From NCBI GenBank assembly GCA_002269645.1, contig NIVC01002146.1:1-64000 (forward strand): a stretch of 64,000 bases of DNA. The letters run 5' to 3'. Below the pieces are notes generated by a model. That model made no database searches, was not told the origin of the DNA, and saw nothing but the letters and a program-made list of their open reading frames with translations. How positions within the stretch are numbered: position 1 is the first letter of the stretch; the number at the start of each line of letters is the position of its first letter. Source of the stretch: Macrostomum lignano (lineage: Eukaryota). Below are positions 46,655 through 58,124 of the stretch, one piece after another. A program made the translations under genes and the position numbers.

Positions 46655-46700
46655 CTCTGATTGGCTGAGCCAGTCAAATAGCCAATCAAACCAAATATGA
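46655..46700 (-). promoter_or_regulatory. CCAAT-box cluster, candidate innexin A promoter
   Basis: CTGATTGGCTG and AGCCAATCA lie within 35 bp. They are upstream of a plausible non-coding exon ending at the donor GAAG|GTAGGG (46400). Confidence 0.4.
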
Positions 46701-48363
46701 GCGATTAGAGCTGGCTTTTGATGGACTGATTGACACCGGCCTCCTATTATATCTACAAGACCTATGTACCTATGTGCGGTTAGTAGGCTGTTTGCGTCGC
46801 CCATGGACAGCTGCAGAGCTGTAGTACAAAGACGCTTACAATCGATTTTCTGAGAAAGGAGCTGTGTGTCTTGTGAATGCTTTGAAGAAATCGGATTTTC
46901 TCGATATAATTTGTCTATGGCAGAACCCCATTCAACGCCGCGCGTTCTCTAGAGGCTAAAATTTATACACGCAAAAATTTAACTTTCAATATTTTCAAAA
47001 CGGGCGTTTTTCGACTCCTGAATTTCAATTCCTGAATTGAGAAAAAATAAAATTCGTAAAATAATTGCTAGTTGCTACTTTGAGTAGCTGGAACAAATGC
47101 TCATTGCGTAGAAAAATCTACTTAATTTAGGAAAGCTGAAGCACTCTGCTGGTAATTATGCACCCTAGCTGCAGGCAGCGCGCCTAAGAATCCCAACCCC
47201 TAATTAGGGGCCTTTTTGGCCCAGCAGCTCAGTGCAAGTCAGTGCATTGTTAGTTTGCAATAATTATAAGAGGCTGCTGGCGCAACTTCTGACCTTGCGG
47301 TCGGCCAGCATTCAGCGAGGAGTCAATTATGCATGCAAATTTCTGAGCACACGGCTGCGTACGCAGATACAAGCACGCACAGGGGGTAAAGCGGTCCCAT
47401 GACTTTCTTCATCTTCAGACAGAGTACTGCAGGCTCTGCGGCTGGGAGGCTGACAAGCCAAAATCCAGTAATTTGGAAAGGATTTTTTCATTTCAACTTT
47501 TTTGCACCTGTGCCCATCCATGGTCACCAGCATATTTGAAATTGGACGCGAAAAACCATGGTTTACCATTTACTGACAACCCTAGCCCTAACCACAGATG
47601 CTAGACTAACTAGATGGCTGGTGACTAGATGACTTTGATAAGTTTAGAAACCAAGCTTGCACAGACGTAAGCAGCTTGCTAATTGGTTCAGCCATAATGT
47701 ACATTAGCCACTGAAATGTACAAGGTAGATTTAGGCCGGAACAACCGAGGAAGGCAATAAAAAATAGGGTGGCCCCGGGGTAGAGGCTGTGGAGTTTGGG
47801 GGACTTTAGCTTGAGGGGGTAAGAGCCAAATAAATAAACCTTGTCTTAAAAAATGCATTAAAATGCTTCAGTTTAACTTACTACTGAACTGAAAGTAGCT
47901 TACACGCAAATGTGCTGAGTGGTTAATCTAGTTATTTTAGTATCTGTGGCCCTAACCAAATCCCGCACAAGATTAAGGATACAATGGCCCTAACGACAAA
48001 ATGTCAGTCAAAACATTGGGCTGGGCTTAGTTGATTTATATATATATTTGAAAATATCGACTAAACTAGCAATATGTATGCAACTTTTTACGTGGTGCTT
48101 TGATTTTACTTTCAATTATTTCAATGTGCGCTCTCTCGGAACTTCCTACTTTCAAGACGGCATTGGTCTAAGAGATGTGCTTATCACACAACGGGACAGC
48201 AGGATAGCGGATGAGAGCAGCAGGGACCAGGGCTGTGACGGTCCTGGTGCTGCTGCGCACTGTATATAGCAAACATCTAATCGAAGGAATGCAAAAAATG
48301 CTCAAAGTGATCGAATTAATTTTTCGAGCCAGAGATGGAGTTTCTTTCTAGCTAAAATAACAT

Positions 48364-49483
48364 CTAAGTAAACCATTGGACACGCATGGCTAAGTAAACC
48401 ATTGGACACGCATGGCTAAGTAAACCATTGGACACGCATGGCTAAGTAAACCATTGGACACGCATGGCTAAGTAAACCATTGGACACGCATGGCTAAGTA
48501 AACCATTGGACACGCATGGCTAAGTAAACCATTGGACACGCATGGCTAAGTAAACCATTGGACACGCATGGCTAAGTAAACCATTGGACACGCATGGCTA
48601 AGTAAACCATTGGACACGCATGGCTAAGTAAACCATTGGACACGCATGGCTAAGTAAACCATTGGACACGCATGGCTAAGTAAACCATTGGACACGCATG
48701 GCTAAGTAAACCATTGGACACGCATGGCTAAGTAAACCATTGGACACGCATGGCTAAGTAAACCATTGGACACGCATGGCTAAGTAAACCATTGGACACG
48801 CATGGCTAAGTAAACCATTGGACACGCATGGCTAAGTAAACCATTGGACACGCATGGCTAAGTAAACCATTGGACACGCATGGCTAAGTAAACCATTGGA
48901 CACGCATGGCTAAGTAAACCATTGGACACGCATGGCTAAGTAAACCATTGGACACGCATGGCTAAGTAAACCATTGGACACGCATGGCTAAGTAAACCAT
49001 TGGACACGCATGGCTAAGTAAACCATTGGACACGCATGGCTAAGTAAACCATTGGACACGCATGGCTAAGTAAACCATTGGACACGCATGGCTAAGTAAA
49101 CCATTGGACACGCATGGCTAAGTAAACCATTGGACACGCATGGCTAAGTAAACCATTGGACACGCATGGCTAAGTAAACCATTGGACACGCATGGCTAAG
49201 TAAACCATTGGACACGCATGGCTAAGTAAACCATTGGACACGCATGGCTAAGTAAACCATTGGACACGCATGGCTAAGTAAACCATTGGACACGCATGGC
49301 TAAGTAAACCATTGGACACGCATGGCTAAGTAAACCATTGGACACGCATGGCTAAGTAAACCATTGGACACGCATGGCTAAGTAAACCATTGGACACGCA
49401 TGGCTAAGTAAACCATTGGACACGCATGGCTAAGTAAACCATTGGACACGCATGGCTAAGTAAACCATTGGACACGCATGGCC
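48364..49483. repeat. Homogeneous 26-bp minisatellite, about 43 copies
   Basis: CTAAGTAAACCATTGGACACGCATGG; no variant units noticed. Confidence 0.98.
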
Positions 49484-49747
49484 AGCCTACAGAGAAACAG
49501 TTAACAGCAAGTGGAATTTGGGGGGGGGGCTGAGTCAATCGCAGTTCAATGAAACCGGATGCCCCGAGGCCGCTCGCTGGAATTCGGATTTCCGGTTCAG
49601 TACTCAAGTCTATCTTCCTGGCGCAGTTACCTAGGCCTTCTGCATCCAGGGAAGAGCTGACTGCACTGACTGCCAAGCCAGTGAATAAGCTTTGTACATT
49701 CAACTGCACTGCTCAAGTTCTGGATTGGCCCACTCAGCTGTCCTGGG

Positions 49748-52700
49748 TCAGACAACGCTGGAGCCTCTGTTGACAGACTCGAGCAACCGGTTGATGTCGT
49801 CCTCCGTGCCGGTGATCTTGGCCTGCCTGTAGTTCCTCCACAATGTTGTGGTGACGTCCAGGGCGACGAGGTCGCTGGCCAGGTTTGACACGGCTTGCAA
49901 GATGAAAATACCGTCAGGTCCCAGGTTGTTGTGCACGAACTTGGCGCAGTCTCTCTCCTCAGTATTCGATATTAGCCTCATCGCTCGCAGGTACTGCTTG
50001 ACGAAGTCGACTCGCTGCTGCGGTATTAGCGTTCGAATTATCCAGCTCAACGTGTTAATGGCAGTTAGGACTGCTAGGATAATGAACCAGAACCACAGGA
50101 AGATGTACACCTTCTCCACGAAGTGGTTCACGGGTAGGACGCATTGCACCGTGTATCTGACATGGTGCGGTTTTGTGAAGGGGCTGCGATTAATCGTGGG
50201 GTGTCTGTGACTAACCATTGAGGTGTCTGTGACTAACCATTGAGGTGTCTGTGACTAACCATTGAGGTGTCTATGACTAACCATTGAGGTGTCTGTGACT
50301 AACCATTGAGGTGTCTGTGACTAACCATTGAGGTGTCTGTGACTAACCATTGAGGTGTCTGTGACTAACCATTGAGGTGTCTATGACTAACCATTGAGGT
50401 GTCTGTGACTAACCATTGAGGTGTCTGTGACTAACCATTGAGGTGTCTGTGACTAACTATTAAGGTGTCTGTGACTAACCATTGAGGTGTCTGTGACTAA
50501 CCATTGAGGTGTCTGTGACTAACTATTAAGGTGTCTATGACTAACCATTGAGGTGTCTGTGACTAACCATTGAGGTGTCTGTGACTAACCATTGAGGTGT
50601 CTGTGACTAACCATTGAGGTGTCTGTGACTAACCATTAAGGTGTCTGTGACTAACCATTGAGGTGTCTGTGACTAACCATTGAGGTGTCTGTGACTAACC
50701 ATTGAGGTGTCTGTGACTAACCATTGAGGTGTCTATGACTAACTATTGAGGTGTCTGTGACTAACCATTGAGGTGTCTGTGACTAACTATTGAGATGTCA
50801 ATCATGGCAAGGGCCAGTACTCACGGCTTGTTGCCCTTAGTTCCAAGATTCCGCTTGGGAATGTTGCAGAAGGTGACTCGCGGGAAATTTCCCGACTCCT
50901 TCCAGTCAATGCCGGCAATGAGGTTACTGAGCACCTCGTAGCCAAAGAAGATTGACTTGTTGCCAAGGAAGCTGCGCATGAGAAATACCTGGCCAATGGC
51001 GTTGCCGATGAACATGAGCCTGACAAGCAGGAACAGCAGCGTCAGGCGGATGTTGGGGCCGCAGCAGAACAAGAATTTCTCCACCGTGCTGCGAACTCTC
51101 CGATGACGGCTGGTGGCTTCCGCCTGCTCCTCCAGAGCTGCCACCAAGCACTGCACAGCCTTCCTGCGCAGGTCCGTGTCCGGGATGGCCGCGTTGCGCG
51201 CGCTCTTGATTAGCACCGGTAGGCGCCTGGCGCCAACTCGCCAGACAAGATGAGGCACCCAGGTGAGCATGGCTTGTCCGGCCAGCACGATGGCCACCCA
51301 CTGGTAGTAGGTGAGGAACCTCTTGCTGTCCAGTTCCTTCTTGCGTACCGGGATGTCGTCATCTGGCCCGAGGAAATAGGTGCTGGACACCCAGCAGTAG
51401 TTCTCGGCGAAGTCCTCCCAAGCTTTGGAGAATTCCTGAGGCACCCAGCACTGAATCGGCTTGCCTGCGGGACGGTGGCGCGCCTTGATAAAAGTGCTGA
51501 GTAAAGAGTATAGAAAATCGATCATAAAAATTTCTTTTTGTTATATGCGAGCCAAAGAAGCAGGTAAAGTTAAGCAGAGTTAAGTCTGGATGAGCATGAA
51601 TCCCAGCACTGTGCCACAGATGCTATTATAAAATAGCTAGATGTCACTCGAAAAAACTGCGCCTATCTACTCTTTTTTTCAGTCGGAGCACCCAAATCCA
51701 GTGGCACCCGCCCCAAGCCAGACCGATAAACAGTTCGGCTTTCCGCTTGCCCGCTAGTGTTTGACTTTAGCCTCCCTCCTTGCTGCACTCTCATTGGCTG
51801 AGCTAGATTGGGCCTGCCCCTAAGCTAAGTTTCGTCCCTCTGACTTTAGCCTCTCTCCTTGCTGCTCTCTCATTGGCTGAGCTAGATTGGGCCTGCCCCT
51901 AAGCTAAGTTTCGTCCCTCTGACCCTTTAGCCTCTCTCCTTGCTGCTCTCTCATTGGCTGAGCTAGATTGGGCCTGCCCCTAAGCTAAGTTTCGTCCCTC
52001 TGACTTTAGCCTCTCTCCTTGCTGCTCTCTCATTGGCTGAGCTAGATTGGGCCTGCCCCTAAGCTAAGTTTCGTCTCTCTGACTTTAGCCTCTCTCCTTG
52101 CTGCTCTCTCATTGGCTGAGCTAGATTGGGCCTGTCCCCTAGGCTGAATAGGCTAGACTTGTGTACATCAGTTGAAATGTTTTTGTTAATTCTTAACCCC
52201 ACACATGCTCCTTGAGGCCGCAAACCCCAAGAAAGGAAAAAGTTTTAGCAGCTACATTAAATTTAAGTAACACTGCGCATACAAATTACTGAATAAAGAG
52301 TAGTCGCTCTACTTTTTCACAATTTTAACTGCGACTGACATTCTTAGTTACTCCAGGATCTGTGGCACTGTGCAAGCACATCTTACAACGGGTCAGGCGT
52401 ATTGCCTATATCCGACTTCAGTTTTGGACAACTTGGACTTCTGTATTAAGCTGAACCCCAACCCTGGGGTGAAATTCAAATTCATTCTGAGATTGCAAGC
52501 GACTTGCTATACTGGCGCACGTAACTGGTCAGTTATTAAAGTAATTCTTTAACTTTTAATTTATTAGGAAGCAAATAATTAGGCATCAGCAGCATTTCCT
52601 TCCCACACTCTGCTGAAAAGGGCAGAACGGCCGGCTCAGGACGGGCCGGTAACGAGTGCTTCCTCACGATCTATCAACACTCAGTCAACACAGAATTTCT

Positions 52701-53801
52701 AGCTGAGACTTCGTATCCGTCTCCAGTGGCCTGCGAACCCCGGCGAGGGAGCTGCTGGCTGCCTCTCAGCGCAATCCTTGCACTGGCTGACAGGCCGGGG
52801 TCAGGGAAAACTTCAATGCTGCAGCGCTGGAGCCCCATTGCATGTTTTTACACAGCCTTGGCAAATCAGTCAGTGGAGGGGAACGGCTGAGGTGGGGCAG
52901 ACTCTTGCCAGGCGCTGGGGGAACCCATTGTGTCAGGCCGGATTGAAGCTGGCCATCAATTTTTACTTTGAGGGGGGCCTCTGTCTGCGCTCCCTATCGA
53001 CCCCCCCAGCGACCCCGGGCAGTGATGCTTCATCCATCTAGCAGGGCGGGCGCTGGGGATTGCAGGCTAATTTTGGCCGAACCTTGGTCTTGGCGCAGAG
53101 GACAGGCGCGGGGTTGTTGCTTTTGCCAAATTTTGCGTGACGCGACGCCCACCGTGTCCTCCCTCCCTCCCCTCTCTTTGAAAAGCTTTCAATTCCTCAC
53201 TCCGACCGCATCCCTGTCGCAATTATTCTTTCTCAAGTCACAGGCGATCCGGCAGACTTCGCCCAGATGTCCCGCACAGAGAGAATGAATCAGTTTGTCG
53301 GTCAGCCGGTGCCATGAAATATTCTCTTTCTCAGTTCGGCAAGGCTATGCAGGCTGAGCTCTCCTTGGTCACAGTCAATTCCCCCAGTAGCCCCGAGCTT
53401 TCTCCCCTCAAGGAGCCACTTGGCATTCTGAACGCTCCAAAGCTAAAGAATAGAGAAGGAAGGAAGTGAATTGGGGCGCCAGTTCGCTCTAGAGCTCGGG
53501 TCGGAGAGTGCGGTTCAAGGATGAAATAAAAAACTCAGCAGATTGACTGGATGCACTTTTAGAAGAGGCGGTTCATTCATTTTCTAGGAAATGGTTTGCA
53601 AACTAGAGCGCCGAAATCATTAACGAACTCACCAACATATTGGCGCAGCCCGATGATGGCGATGAACATTGTCATGAGGCCGCCTGTGAACTGGTAGTTC
53701 AGCTGGTCGACAAAGTCAACTCCGTGGCCGCCGTATGGCGTCTTGAATATCCGGCCGAGCTTCAGCACGAAGCCGGCGTCCATCACGCCGCCGCGAGTCA
53801 T
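49748..53801 (-). CDS. inx: Innexin (gap junction protein) B, 3 coding exons, about 405 aa
   Basis: Exons 53633-53801, 50825-51464 and 49748-50156 (intron phases 1 and 2). Motifs: VDFVDQLNYQFT, QYVGKPIQCW, ENYCW, YYQW, FPRVTFCN, YTVQCVLPVNHFVEKVYIFLWFW. Confidence 0.95.
50201..50798. repeat. 22-bp minisatellite, about 27 copies, innexin B intron 2
   Basis: GTGTCTGTGACTAACCATTGAG. Confidence 0.97.
51762..52140. repeat. 79-bp tandem repeat, about 5 copies, innexin B intron 1
   Basis: TGACTTTAGCCTCTCTCCTTGCTGCTCTCTCATTGGCTGAGCTAGATTGGGCCTGCCCCTAAGCTAAGTTTCGTCCCTC. Confidence 0.93.
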
Positions 53802-54924
53802 GGCTGCTGCTGCTGTTGAGCTGCTGGGCGATGACGGCCGCTTCTAACGGGATGTCACTAAGGCTGCGCTTACTGCCAGACTAGTGCTGCCATCTTTTTC
53901 TGGCTGTCAACTTCTTTGCGTCTTGTCCTGCTTCTGCGAGCTGTTTAGCTGCTGCTAAAACTGCTGCCTCTGTAGAATTTGTCTGGCATGGCTGCTGCTC
54001 CCCGCCTCTCTCGCTGCTTTTGGCCCCGGCTGAGGGGTGGCGCCGGGTCTTAGAGGATAGAAGGGCAGGCAGGGGACACGGCGCTGACTGATTGGAGGGG
54101 GGCAGCAGCCCTCCTTGCCCGCCTTGGCGCTCTTTATTTTTTGCCCAGCCCGACCCCCCGTCTCTCTCGGCCTCCCATTCAATTCCTGTTCTATTTTGGG
54201 AGAGGAGTTCAGCTCAGGCCAAATTTGCCACATCTCATTCTCTCATCCAGCGATCTCTGCGCGCGTACTCAGCCAGCCAGCCCTCCCTTCTCCCCGTCCC
54301 TCAGCCCTGCCGCCTCTCCCCTTCTCATTCCCCCTGTTGTTCTTCTGTCTCGCCGTCAGAAGATGCCCCTCCTCCGTGATCGACGGTGGCACCGCGGTGA
54401 CGAAGGCAGTTCTGCAAGGACTGCAGCCCGGCAGATGAGCCACAGAAGACACAGCAGGGAGAGTCAGGAGACAGGGGGGGAGACATGCTGATGGAGGGGA
54501 GACAGGCAGAATCAAAGCAGCAAAGAGTCGCCTCTGTCTGAGTTCTCAAATTCCCCCAAGCTGTGCTCCCAAGCCCAAGTGATCACCTATGTACTCATCC
54601 AGTGAACTCCCCCAGGGGAGGCAGAAGGGAGAGCTTTGAGGGAGAGGCATGCTGGGGACTGTGCTACTTCTGCTTCAGGAGCCGCTCCCAATACGTATTT
54701 AGTGCCGTGGGATTTCTTCCCCATTTCTGCCGTCTGTCCTCTCTGTCCATTTCTGCGGTCTGCCCCCCTCTCCTGCTGATCCCATCCGGTGGCCTGAAAG
54801 TGCTGCCGCAAATTCACTATGCGGGTGGGAATGTGAGAGCATTGAGACAGGGGATGCCGTCTTGGTGGGTGTCTTGGGCGGAATAGTCGCCGACTCCAAG
54901 TGCATTTCGGAAATTAATTTCGGT

Positions 54925-55370
54925 TTTATGAAGTCTCGGGTTTATGATGTTTCGGGTTATGAAGCTTCGGGTTTATGAAATTCAGGGTTTATGAAGTTTT
55001 GGGTTATGAAGTTTCGGGTTTATGAAGTTTCGGGTTATAAAGTTTCGGGTTATGAAGTTTCGGGTTTATGAAGTTACGGGCTAATGAAGTTTCGGGTTTA
55101 TGAAGTTACGGGCTAATGAAGTTTCGGGTTTATGAAGTTACGGGCTAATGAAGTTTCGGGTTATAAAGTTTCGGGTTATGAAGTTTCGGGTTTATGAAGT
55201 TACGGGCTAATGAAGTTTCGGGTTATAAAGTTTCGGGTTATGAATTTTAAAGTTTATGAAGTTTCGAGTTCATAAGGTTTGGGGTTTATGAAATTCAGGG
55301 TTTATGAGTCTCGGGTTTATGAAGTTTCAGGTTTATGAAGTTTTATGGCTATGAAGTTCATGAAGTATGC
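54925..55370. repeat. 16-17-bp minisatellite
   Basis: TATGAAGTTTCGGGTT(T) and variants. Confidence 0.93.
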
Positions 55371-56769
55371 AAAGTGCAAAGGCGGATGGACAGACAGTGA
55401 AGGAAAGATGGGCTGTCGCATTTGAATATACTGCTTCTCTGGGGGGCAGCCTCGCCCCCTCATCAGAAACTTTTCTCCCCCAGAACTCTCGCCCATGAGT
55501 TTCTCCCCGAATAGGAAATATATTTCATCTCCTCCTAGCCCTGACCGCCAGAGACTATGAGCAAGGGGGGAGAGAGGGGAGAGATGAAGGCCAGGGGGAC
55601 ACCCCAGTCCCGCTTGACCGCTCCATTGCATGCAAATTCGCTCGCGGGCTACCTCAGGCCCCCGATTTTATCACTTTTTCATCTCCGTTCGCCCGGGCGC
55701 ACTCGAGCGGCAGCTTTTATCGCTCGCGCGGGGACGCTGGGGGGGGGGGGGTAGAAGCCCTCCGCTGCGCTCGAATCTCTGCCGAGACTGCATCGCCCCG
55801 CTGGCTCCCGACTGCAGACAGAAGATTAAAGGGATGTTACCCTGAAATTGATTGAGCTATGAGCGCTGTCGCATATTTAATTCATGAGCTCTTGCCCCCC
55901 CCCCCATATCATTTTTCAGTGCATCAGTTCTCTTTCTGTCTCAAGTCTCAGCGATTGTCTTGCCCAGCTTAATCTCCTAATAAATCATTCTGGCCACTCG
56001 CCAAAGCGAATCTGCTACTCAGGCAGCAGCACTGCTCAACCCGCGGGATGCTCAGCCCGCGGCTGTAGTCGGGTTCTTAGGAATGAGCAAAAATGGGAAG
56101 AGAGAGATTTGACTCGAGTCACGAGACCTGCGGATTTGCCTGCTGCGTTGCTTTGCTCATCCTTTATGCCGCCTCCTCCCCTAGTGTCTCGGATCTTTGC
56201 CTGTTTCCACCCAACCTGCTTTGCATTACGGATGCCTTGAAAGGGTGCCGAATCTTTGCAAGCCTGGCGAGGTAACGAAACGAAGCAGGAACCTTTGAGC
56301 GGAAACTCGACCTGCCTCAGTGTGCCTGCGGTGGGTGTCATCGAGTTGCTGCTGCTTTGTGGCGGCGGCAAAAATTGGGACAGTTCTAAATTTCAGGCGA
56401 GAACTTGCTGCCGACTGAAGCGTATTTTATGTGAGCCGAAATAGAAAAAGTTTTCGTCTGTTTCACGTCACCCTACTATCAGTAGACTGCTTAGCATATT
56501 AGTGAAACAAATGCGTTGCAACAGAAGGCATTAAATTGACAAGAGAAAAGAATACGGTTATGAAATAGTAATGATTTTGAATAAAAAATGCGATAGTTTT
56601 CCTCAAAGTATTAGCCCCAGGATCTTAGGCGAACTCAGATGAAGAAGTCAGGGCTGTTGTATACCCTGCGTGAGTGTGAGAGCCTGCGTACGGATCCATG
56701 TGTGCTCAGGGATGGGCATTCTCGATTGCCTCCTCACTGGCTTTCGTAATATCCATTCACATTAAATTC

Positions 56770-57290
56770 CGTTTCTATTTTTTAGAACACCCGTCTACTG
56801 CAGCATAACGTCAGTTTCTATTTTTGAAGCATCTGTCGTGCATGACGTCAGTTTCTATTTTTGGAGCATCTGTCCTGCATGACGTCAGTTTCTATTTTAG
56901 GAGCATTTGTCCTGCATGACGTCAGTTTCTATTTTTGGAGCATCTGTCCTGCATGACATCAGTTTCTATTTTTGAAGCATCTGTCGTGCATGACCTCAGT
57001 TTCTACTTTTGGAGCGTCTGTCCTGCATGACCTCAGTTTCTATTTTTGGAGCGTCTGTCCTGCATGACATCAGTTTCTATTTTTGGAGCGTCTGTCCTGC
57101 ATGACCTCAGTTTCTATTTTTGGAGCATCTGTCCTGCATGACGTCAGTTTCTATTTTTGGAGCATCTGTCCTGCATGACGTCAGTTTCTATTTTTGGAAC
57201 ATCCGTCTCCTGCAGCATGACGTCAGTTTCTATTTTTGGAACATCCGTCTCCTGCAGCATCACGTCAGTTTCTATTTTTGGAACACCTAT
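56770..57290. repeat. 37-bp minisatellite, 14 copies, containing CRE palindromes
   Basis: CATGACGTCAGTTTCTATTTTTGGAGCATCTGTCCTG. Confidence 0.95.
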
Positions 57291-58124
57291 TTTATTTGAT
57301 ATCACTATTTAGATCATCAACAAATCGAAATGAAGTCACACTTCAAGTGACAGCCTGGCATAGCTGGAGAAGTTTTAAACTTAAACTCGAAACTTTTACT
57401 TAATACGAAAGCGAATTACCAGCCTCTGAGTGAGTCTTACCTTATTAGCCTGCTCTCGGAGTTCTCCTTTTTGTTAGTCGGATTTCAACTTGAGACCAGG
57501 GGCTGGTGACCTGAATTGGTGGGAAATATTTTGAGATAGCTTGCTTATCTGGTGAAAGTCAACTTACAAAGCCCCTGAGATATATTCATCCGTAATATAT
57601 ACTAACACTAGAATTCTCGGAATCTAGGAACGCTCACTACAGAGCATTGAAATGCATGAAAGTTGCAGATTTTGGCCAGAAGCAGACGAAGACTCAAGCT
57701 GGGCGGGCACGCGAAAACTACTCAATCTCTCCTCTCGCTTTTCTCAACAAGCTGGCACGCAGCTGAGCTGCTACATAGCGTGAGTCGGGGGCTCCGCCAG
57801 GGTTCTTCAATCAGCGCCCAGCGAGATTGCAACAGGCAGCGGCAGGGACCGCAATACGCTGACCCAACAGGGGGATCCCCGACCAAGCATAACTGAATTC
57901 CCGCATAATGCAAGCTCCCCAGCAGCTATTGGGGAGGCTGGGACACTGTCGGGCATAAACACGATCCCATGGAGGAGCTCAGGACTTCGCGGTGCTGCTG
58001 ATTATGCAATCGATGGCTGATCAGGCTGAACTGATTATGGCTAATGAGATTCGCTCCATCCCGTCTCATCTCAGCTATCTCCGGCTTCTGGTGGAGCCCA
58101 TTTGCCTGCCACTGTCTGATCATG

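Noticed and set aside
55430-55475. Hammerhead ribozyme-like CTGATGA followed by a 6-bp GC stem (minus strand)
   Set aside because: The obligatory GAAA does not follow stem II (the sequence is CAGAG), and no matching stems I/III were found.
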